A program made the position numbers and the translations under genes. Below the pieces are notes generated by a model. That model saw only the letters and a program-made list of their open reading frames with translations. It was not told the DNA's origin and did not search any database. From NCBI GenBank assembly GCA_050575255.1, contig JBNZDD010013727.1:3644598-3708597 (forward strand): a DNA stretch of 64,000 bases, given 5' to 3'. Source of the DNA: Harriotta raleighana (taxonomy: Eukaryota). Of this stretch, positions 54,651 through 64,000 are shown piece by piece. Each line of letters begins with the position of its first letter. Positions within the stretch are counted from its first letter, which is position 1.

Positions 54651-56659
54651 CACAGAGCTTCCACAATGGTTAAGTAGAAACGCAATTCTCAAATTCTCAA
54701 AATTGGGTGCTGAGAGCCAGGTTAACAAAGGAGTCTACATAAATTCAAGGTCAATTTATGAAAGAACAAATTTACTCATGCCTCAGGCATCTTGTGTGAT
54801 GTCTTTGTTTGCAGTGCAGTGGAACAGGTTAGTAGGTTAGGAATTCTGGCAAAAACACATTTTAAAATGGCCATCATTTTGTATCTCTTAATAATTTAAA
54901 CCTTTTTTTGTGTTTTTAGAAAGCTATTACTTTGGTTTATTTTAGTGTTTTGAGGTGTAAATACCTTTGCACAATTGCACAATAAAAACATGTCATTTTT
55001 AATCTTTGCTGATCTGGCCACACTTGTAACTAGTTCTCATATAAATGTGGTAGCTGAAGTATCAAAAATCCAGGGAAAATCGTTAATTGGGGAACCTATT
55101 ATATCGAGTGACGGAAAGGAATTATTAGTGCGTGAAATGTATTGGTACATTGAAACAAATTACCTGTACATCCGGAAGAAGCCTGAACATTGGAAAAATT
55201 GCCAATTGGAGGAAAACCTCATTCTTCCATAGAATACCTGTGAAATATCTTCATAATTGAATGGTGGATTTAACCTTGTGGTGATTGATGGAAAATGTGG
55301 TGGATTGTTTGAACACCCTTATGCACTTCATATAGTGTTATGAAATCTTTGAAGTCCACCTGAGACCAAGCAATATAACTGCCTACCCTAGCTCCTTGAA
55401 CACCAGAGGACTGACCTCGAGAGCCTCATTCTCACTCAAGTCATGGAAGAGGTTACAATGCCCTGTCACTACAATAATGAAGAACATCATTAATTAATGG
55501 TAGGCTCAATTAGTTAGCATTCTTGCTTCTGAGTGAGAAGATTGTAGGTTCAAGCCTTTCATCGTGAGCTCATCATTTAGACTGACACTCCAATGGATTT
55601 CTAGGGAAACTATTTTTGGAGGTACTGCGGATGAGACATTAAACTAAAGGATTGTGTGCTTGTTTGAGTAGACATTAAAAATCCCACAGCACTGCTTGAA
55701 ACAAGAAGTTTCTCTTGGTGACCTGGACAACAATCCCTCGGATACAATTTATGGTTTTCTCCATTGCTGTTTATTGGGTATTGGATGCTGTGCTCACCCA
55801 CCAGTACACATTTGGAATAATTCCTGTGAAGCTCTTTTTCAACGACATCAAATATAAAGATTATTACTATACACAGATATTGTTACATTAGCTATGAATA
55901 ATTAGTAGTTCAATAAGATTAAATTTTAATGATGCCTTTTGGGGCACTGTGATTTTGTGAACTTTACAGAAATTACATGTACTTGTACCTTTATCTCTAT
56001 GTATAATGCTTAAATAATGCATGATGCTATTGGAGTTTAAGTGTCTTATCTCCTGACTGCACCTGAGTTCATACAATTCTGTTTATGAACTATTCAGTAA
56101 ATATGATGCTGAAAATTTTTCAGTTGCCTTTCTTTTAACTGTAAGCCAAATGTGTCTATAATTTCCATCTTTTGTTAACATCAGGTAGTCGGTCTTTTAG
56201 GGGATACATTTATATAATGCAGACTTTGGTTTTATGGATCCGTCAAGATATGTTACATTGAAAAATGTATTGGATTGTTTTCTTATTCTATTCAGGTTGA
56301 GTTGTTGTTAGAAACATAAAATATGGCAGACTGCAGTCTTCTCCTTTTGTTCATTATTGTAAACAGATCCTGTTGCTTCATAGCAGATCCTTCTAGATTC
56401 AAACATATGCATGGAAACATCTGTATGAGCTCACTCTCGCAAAACGAAGGCCTGTTAATTTTATGTCTCCTGGTAATAAGCATTGCACAAGGCTTTTGCC
56501 AGCAACTATTTTGTTACACGAAACAATATCCTAAATCTGCCAGACATACCATTTAGCAAAATTGCTTTAGAGAAAACATAGGTATATTGCAACAACAACA
56601 TTGCAACAAATGCATTTTATAATTTGTATTAAACTGATCATTAAATCAAAGTCAGGGGT

Positions 56660-57900
56660 TTGGTACCCGAGCAAGAGGGTGGGGTAGGGGGGAGGGGAGG
56701 GATAGGTGGGAGAGTGGCAGAAGGCACGATCGAAAAGGAGGGTCTTGTCACCAGCCTTGAAGGAGGCAAGTGAGGAAGTGAGGTGAAAGAGTGTGGGGTC
56801 AGAGAGGCAGAAAGCCTGGCCACTGATGGTAGGGTGGGTTGGGCAGAAGACATGTACCAGACCGGAGCCTGCTGAATGGAGGGTGCAAGCATGTTGGAAG
56901 GGAGTCAGCAGGTCAGAGAGATAGGAAGGGGCAAGGCCATGGATGTCCTTGTAAGTGAGGACGAGGATCTTGAATTCGATCCTCTGGGGGATGGGGAGCC
57001 AATGGAACCGGGCGAGGATGGGAGTGATGGAGTCTCGGAGCCTTGTGCGGGAGAGGACATGAACTACAGAGTTTTGGATGATTTGCAGCTTATGAAGGGA
57101 AGAACTAGGAAGGCTGAACAGGAGGGAGTTTCTATAGTCCAGCCTTGATGTGACGAATGCATGGGTAAGAGTTTCAGCAGCCTGACGGATAGGCAGTGGT
57201 GAAGTGTGTCAATGCTACGGAGGTGGTGGAAAGCAGTGCTGGCCATGGCATGGAAGTGGGGGAAGAAGGATGATTTAGGGTCAAACAAGACAACCAGGTT
57301 CCTGACTGGCTTCATGAGATGAGTGTGCAGCCGTGGATGCCAATTCTGCCAGGTGCTGATGTGAGCCAATCAGGGGGGGGCCTCAGTCTTGCTGACATTC
57401 AGCTGGAGAAAGTTGTCCCTCACCCAGGACTCAATGTCAGACAGTCAGGATGCTGGTAGCCCTGGAGTGAGGGTGGAAGCGGGGAGATAGAGTTGGCTGC
57501 TATCCGCATACATGTGGTGATTTACCCCATGTCTGCAGATGATATCACCGAGGGGGTAATTTGTAAGGTTGGAAGAATGAAGGGTGTATTTTTTTGAAGA
57601 GGTGAGTGATGACAGCAATTTTGTGGGGGCATGGGATGGAGTCTGAGGAGAGGGACTGTTTGACTGTATCTGCCAGCAGGGGATAGGGAGAGAGTTGAGT
57701 GACCAGCAGGTGGGAAGGTGATCATGACTGAAGGTGATGGGTTTCATATGGGTGACGATGGTTTTCCAGGCCGATGTTTTATATCTTTGAGACAAATAGT
57801 CCAGGTCTTCTTTGCACCTGTCATTAAATGCTGGGATCAAGGTGCTGAAGGGGGGTGTGCAGAGGAGGTGATGAATGGTGGAGAATAGCACTTTCTTAGA
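56660..57900 (-). mobile_element. Decayed L2 LINE ORF2 fragment
   Basis: PLGDIICRHGVNHHMYADSSQLYL (decayed YADD) and VRNLVVLFDPKSSF motifs; frameshifted. Confidence 0.82.
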
Positions 57901-58339
57901 AGTAAATATTTAGAAGATAATGCTTGCTTGTATACAGAATGTTGATTAGAAAATGTAGAATGTCATGATGCATTATGCCCAAGGCAAAAAAAAAATCATT
58001 TGTATGCGATTCAGATTTATTCAAATCCCAACTGTATACATACAAATTGCACTTAAACTTGCACTAATACCTGTGAATCTTTCTAAAATTGCCATCTGCC
58101 TTTTCATCCCAGTGGGATTTCCTGACTTCCAGCACCTCATTATTGGAACATCTCTCATTCCCCAGCCAACATAAAGCATCACTGCAGATTTTAGCACCTT
58201 GTTATTAGTGCATTTCCCTTGTTTATTAAATGTAAATGACCCATTTAGTATGTGGAATCTGTCTTTCTCATTCCTATTTTCTGTGTGATTAAGTGTGCCT
58301 ATCTGTTAGATAAGTAAGAAGCAGCAACCTTCACTTTAC

Positions 58340-59715
58340 AAAACAATTCATGTATACAATCCCAGAAATCCCTGGGAATATTCAGCAGGTCAGGCAGCAT
58401 CTATGGAGAAAGGAAAAGTATGTCAACATTTTGGGTCCACAACTCTTTGTCAAAACTGAGGGATGTTGGGAGGGAGAGGCTTTTAAGTACTAACAGAGGG
58501 CAAGGGAGACAAAGGAGAAAATGGAGTAGAAGTCAGGAGATGATGTGTTAAAGAGGTGTTAGGGTTGTGAAAACAAAAGGGTGGAATTGCAAAACTGTAG
58601 AGAAGAGGTGTTTATAACGTTAAAACAAAGAAGGGATGAAATTACAAAAGAATAGGCAGATCAGGTGGTCACAGATTCATAGAACATAGAAGGTTACGGC
58701 ACAGAAGGAGGCCATTTGGCCCATCGAGTCTGTGCCGGCTCTTTGACAGAGCAATGTCACTTTTATTAACCCCAATCAACAGCTTTCTCCCCATAACCCT
58801 GCAAGCCCGTCTTCCCCAGATACCTATCCAGTTCTCTCTTAAAAGCTGCTATCGAATCGGAACTCACTACCCTTTCAGGCACATCATTCCAAATTCGAAC
58901 AACTCTGAGTGAAAACATTTCTTCTAACCTCCCCTCTGCTTCTTTTGGTAGATATCTTAAGACTGTGACCTCGGGTCATAGACACACCTACCAGTGGAAA
59001 CAGCTTTTCCCTATCTAGCCTGTCGAAACCTTTCATGATCTTGAAGACCTCTATCAGGTCCCTGCGTAATCTTCTCTGCTCTAATGGGAAAAGTCCTAAC
59101 TTCTCCAGCCTGTCCTCATAGCTAAGGTTCCCCATTCCTGGAATCATTCTCGTGAATCGCCTCTGTAGCCTTTCCAGTGCCTTAATGTCCTTCCTGAAGT
59201 AAGGTGCCCAGAACTGGACGCAGTACTCCAGCTGATGCTTAACCAGTGTTTTGTATAAATTAAGCATAACTTCCCTACTCTTAAACTCTATGCCTCTACT
59301 AATAAAGCTCAGTACACCAAAGACCTTTTTTATTGCCTTATCTATCTGCCCTGCTACCTTTATTGATTTGCTTACTTGAACACCCAGATCTCTCTGTACA
59401 TTCACCCCCCTTAAGATTGAGCTACCAAGACTATATTGCCTCCTATCATTTTTCCTACCTAAGTGTATGACCTCACACTTATCCACATTGAAGAGGGAGA
59501 AAGTTAGCTGTTATGGCCTGAAATTATTGAAATAAATATTGAGGCCAGAGGGTTGTAAGGTCTCTAGCAGATAGGTAAGGTGCTGATCCTAGAGCTTGTG
59601 CTGTGCTTCATTGGAACAGCATAGGAGACCATGGATGGAGAGGTCAGACTGCGAGTGGGAAGGGGAGTTGAAATAGCAAGAAACCGGTAGGTCAGAGTTG
59701 TATTTGCTCAGAACG
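58340..59715 (-). mobile_element. Penelope-like element remnant (GIY-YIG C-terminus ~59530-59715; 3' UTR 58340-58670) split by the CR1
   Basis: SDLPVSCYFNSPSHSQSDLSIHGLLCCSNEAQHKL*DQHLTYLLETLQPSGLNI resembles the Penelope endonuclease end (PVAxHFN...EQHLIFxLxTLQPxGLN); UTR motif cagcaggtcaggcagcatc. Confidence 0.75.
58674..59492 (-). mobile_element. Relatively young 5'-truncated CR1 LINE (200-aa RT C-terminal ORF 58884-59486 plus 3' UTR)
   Basis: KCEVIHLG...LYKTLVKHQLEYCVQFWAP...YEDRLEKLGLFPLEQRRLRRDLIEVFKI; ttctatgttctatgaatc tail. Confidence 0.92.
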
Positions 59716-61074
59716 GAAATAACAACAACAACAACTTTGCCAGACAGCGTTTCAAATATCCGTACAATAGACATGCACCTTCATTTTGTATTGAAAACTA
59801 AATTTGTGTGTAAGTAAATGAATTCAATCTTCTTTGGAAAACTAAGAATTAAGATTGATGGGATGGAGATCCAATTATTTTAATATGATGAAAGGCACTT
59901 AAAAAGTACATAATGGAATAAGGTCTCAATAAAGGAATTATTTCCTTTAGAAAAGAAGGGAGTTTCTTCCAGTATCAAATTGGGCATTCACTATGACTGA
60001 GGAATATTGCTCTGCACAAATTAGTTGCTATGTTTGACCACCCAATACTCAGTGTTAATAATAATAATAATAATTCTTGCATTTGATATAGCACCTTATC
60101 ATGTTTAGATGTATCAAAATCCATCACAGAATATACTGTAGTGGATTGACTGTACGTTTTATTGGCAGAATGTGGCAGCCAATTGTGCACAGCAGTATCC
60201 AATAAATAGTTGTCGATTGAGAACCAATTTATTATTATTCAGAGCCTCAAAGTTGAATTGAAATAAAAATTTTGTAAGTTTCATTTCTTTTAAAATCCTG
60301 TGAAGTGCTTTGAAATTTGATTTGAAAAGCACTATACCAATTGGAAGGATGATGTAGATTATTATTATCATATTATTACAGTTTAAAGAGACAGTTTAAA
60401 GCAGTGGTTTTCATTGGTGACTCAGCCAGACCAAGAATACTGCCAAATTACATATGAATGATTGTTATTTTTCTTAGTATCTTTGCACTTCTTAAAATAA
60501 CTACTTTTGTCGGACATTGTTATTTTGTTCACCAGTTATTTTGTCAAAGCATTTCTGATTTATCTTACGAACAATTCCGGTTGCACCAGCGATTATAGGA
60601 ATTGCTTGTTTTAAACTGCCATATATAGATGCATTCAATAGTAAATTGATACAGTATAGGTAATTCCTAATATTCTTTAGTTTTTTTTGTTTTAATCATT
60701 TGGGATAGCCATATCAATATTACTACATGTACAATCTATTTGATTAATTATAATATCTGTATTTTGCAGATCACTGTTATCTGTATGTGCTTGTGAATGT
60801 TATTATTATTGTTGCTTCATTATCTAACACCTTCAAGAAAGTATTTGATGAGTGTTAACTTGCAAACACTATTAGAGAAATAGGTATACTTACTGAGATG
60901 ACACATATGCCATGGAGTACAAATATTTCTGTACTGTTGGAGCCAAACATGGGCACAGGGAAGGGAATGTTGGTGGTCAAAAAGGGGAGAGGTATTAATA
61001 GAGCAGACATGGGCTGGATGAATGTTCAGTATCTTTTTCTGAATCATATTAACTTGAATAAAAAGTCACATAGC

Positions 61075-61135
61075 TTACTGACAATAAAGTTACTGACAAT
61101 CAAACTTACTGACAATAAATTTACGGACAATTAAA
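61075..61135. repeat. 15-16 bp minisatellite, 4 copies (ttactgacaataaa)
   Basis: ttactgacaataaag ttactgacaatcaaac ttactgacaataaat ttacggacaattaaa. Confidence 0.85.
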
Positions 61136-64000
61136 AAAAAATCTTCAATTGTAACATTTCAGTTGCAACTTCAAAATCTTATTGTATTCTTCCAATGTGT
61201 TCTTTCCGATCTATTGATATGTAGGTTGGACCATTCGGCATGTAATGGCAATAATAGCAATAGCAGTACATCTTTCAAAATTCTTCTGCCCGATTTGGAG
61301 CTGTGAGGACTTTATACATGTGGAGAGTACAATCAGTCGCTGTTTCCATGTTGTGAGTTGAAATGCTTTGAGTAAATTTACATTTCAAAGAAAGCAAAGG
61401 GGCCCCTCAACTTCACCTCCTCCCTTGCAACTTCGAAGGCTTTTCTCAAGACCTTACTCTTTGATCGCGCCTTCAATCATCTTCCCATCACCACCAATCT
61501 TGCCCTCCATTCCCTTTGACTTCAGCCTGCAGCTCAGATGCAAACCCTTCATTGTCCAACCTCTTGGGATGTCTTCCTGACATGAAAACTTTTATAGAAA
61601 TTCAGTGTGTTCTTGTTTTATCATATAGACAAGTGAATCAATATCAGTGCAGTATTCAAAAATGTTATTTCATTACTTCATGTTAAATTAAAGCCTTAGT
61701 GTGACTATTAAATCAGATGAGGTTACAATTTTCGAATACCTTCCTGGCTAAAATTAATTGATTTAATTGCTGTTTTTGAGTCTCTGACATTAATTTTTTA
61801 CCAGTCTATTAAACCCATGTAGGAAAATCTGAATGGCTTATGTCACCACATATGGCATTTTTACAGGCCAGTCATATATAATGCTCAAGGTGTTAAGTAA
61901 GCATTAAAATTAGCAGCAGGCAAGTTAACAATCTCTTTGTCTCTTAAATACTTTGCATCATAAAGCCTTCAGTTTTATCTTTTTTGAACCATCTGGTCCA
62001 TTAAACTAGTTTTCTGACACATTTCATTTGCTGACTGCATAGTTATTGGTGGAATGGAATTTGTTCGGATGCCTGTAAGAAAGAATTGGCTGTCACTTGC
62101 TATGGATCTTGTTTTAGAGCACTATTGTGAGGAAATTCTAGTGTCTTAAAAATTGTATTTCATTAGGTATGACATTACAATGACACAAACTAATTTTACA
62201 TAAATCATTCACTAAAATTTTGAAAGTCTCAAATGTGTGTCATAGAGTGCAAATATGAAACTTGAAGACATTTGAGGTGATAATTACTCATTTTGATTAG
62301 AATTGTTACTACTGTATATCACGAGAGTGGTTCAGATGAAGAACACCATTAGATCTCACCCTTCCAGAAAACCGATCCTCATACCATCTTCCTATTACAG
62401 TATTAAGTTGAATTCAGTATTCTGGTTTCAACCATCCCTCCTAGTAACTCGGGCGCATGACATCTGTACTGAGAAATAAATCAAGCTCTAATTAAAACAA
62501 ATCAATTCAGTCACAGCTAACAAGAGTAAATGCACATTAAAGTATACAGTACTCATTCATTAATTCTAGTGAATTGTACATCTTGATCGCTTGATCCCAA
62601 TCTCTGCTTGCGCATTTTGGCTGCCAACCTGAGCCACTTTCCTTGAAAATGTTCTTGCTCTACCTAAACGCCGCTATCAACCTCCTTCTCCTCCTTCTCC
62701 ACCATCCCCAATCCCTACCCGCATTCAGATCCAAAATACTCCCAGTCCAGCATCTTGAGATATCCTCCCAATGTGAGAGATGCTATACAAATGTAATTTT
62801 GTTGTATATCCATACCTGGATGGAATATTGCCTTTAATGTTATTATTTGCTTCTTTACAATTACAGTATTACCTTTAGTCTTATTACAATATTTGCAAAC
62901 ATTTGACTTTCCAGTGCCTTGGGAAATCTAACAACATGAAAGGCGTATTAAATGCAAGGATTAATATTATTATTATTATTATTCTTGAGATGTCTTCCCA
63001 AATTTGTTGTTATTAGGTCTAAATTAATTTGTTGTTTTAGAACGACACCCAGTTGCATTGATATAGCATTTTTCACTTTGGGAGGACATCCCCAGCTACT
63101 GGCAAGGCAGGGTTTGTATCCAAGCTGGGGCTTGGAATCAAGATCGGTAGAGGGCAAGGCAGGGTTGGGGGAGATGGGTGAGGTGTTCGGGGAAGATAAC
63201 TGAAGGCATGTCCAGAGGAAGGTCGACATAAGCAGCCTTGATGGAGGCAAGTGAGGGAATGAGGCAGAGGGGCACTGGGATGGAGTTTCAGAGGGTGGAG
63301 GCAAAAAGGCTGAAGGTCTTATGAGTATAAAGTGTGGCTATATAAATGCAAGTTGTTGCTGAGTAATCAAGTCATTCCTTGCTTAATGATCTTTAAATAC
63401 TTGTTTATTTTTTCATGAATGCTGAAGCATTTCACCTCTCTAACAAGAACATATTGATTTGTGCATTGTAACAAATTATGATCTAACACATCTCAGATAT
63501 TGTTTTACTCATCTCTCTTGCAGAGGTTCAGTTCGTTCTTTAGTTCTTTGCCAAATATGGTCACAACATAAATATTGATTCATATTGTTTCTCACACCTT
63601 CTGCTAATCCCTTACTATTTCTCTTCCCAATTTTCTCTTTTCTTGCAGGGTTTTCTTGAATTTCTTTTTTTTCTAACTGACAATTTAGTATGCGTTCTGC
63701 AACAGACCAAAGCACAGTACAGTGGATATAAACAAGAAAGAGCAAAAGGAAACTCGAACAGGAAAGCAAAAAGAAAGAAATCAGGTGATTACAGTGACTT
63801 TAAGAGTCAAGGGATAGAAATAAAAAAGATGAAACTATGGGTTAGAATTTGAAAAGACTGGTTAGAGAGTAAGATCAAAGGTAGAAAGGAAATTCTATTA
63901 AGCTGGAAAATTCCAGCAACTTGCAAATAAGACTTTAAATATCCCCTGGCAAACTCCAGCAGCATCTTAAGCTGTGGGAAAATTTTTCATAATTAGCAAA

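Noticed and set aside
58884-59486. 200-aa ORF as a host gene or active retroelement
   Set aside because: 5'-truncated CR1 RT C-terminus lacking the endonuclease and catalytic core.
47430-64000. miR-759 or PCDH8 exons expected from human synteny
   Set aside because: By eye I found no match to the miR-759 mature sequence and no cadherin-like ORF; probably beyond the window.

Overview
AT-rich eukaryotic (vertebrate) genomic DNA. The SINE, CR1, L2 and Penelope repeat content suggests a cartilaginous fish; the taxon is an inference. The window holds the last two coding exons of SUGT1 (+ strand, stop at 6050-6052). It also holds a complete 7-exon chondromodulin-1 gene (CNMD/LECT1, - strand, 46001->21230, 1056 nt CDS, 351 aa), tail-to-tail with SUGT1 as at human 13q14. 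The rest is intronic/intergenic DNA with tRNA-derived SINEs, L2 and CR1 LINE fragments, a Penelope remnant split by a CR1, and Tc1/mariner-type and hAT-type MITEs. Several near-identical duplications abut N bases, including a 1.16 kb copy of CNMD exons 1-2; these are most likely assembly artefacts. I found no convincing new multi-gene system. The best leads are an unusual CNMD mature N-terminus (tandem furin sites, acidic, no N-glycan sequon), a 36-bp-stem hairpin, a ~1 kb decayed coding-like tract in CNMD intron 6, a 50-bp direct repeat flanking exon 5, and a candidate + strand micro-exon. TE boundaries are approximate unless TIRs/TSDs are stated.
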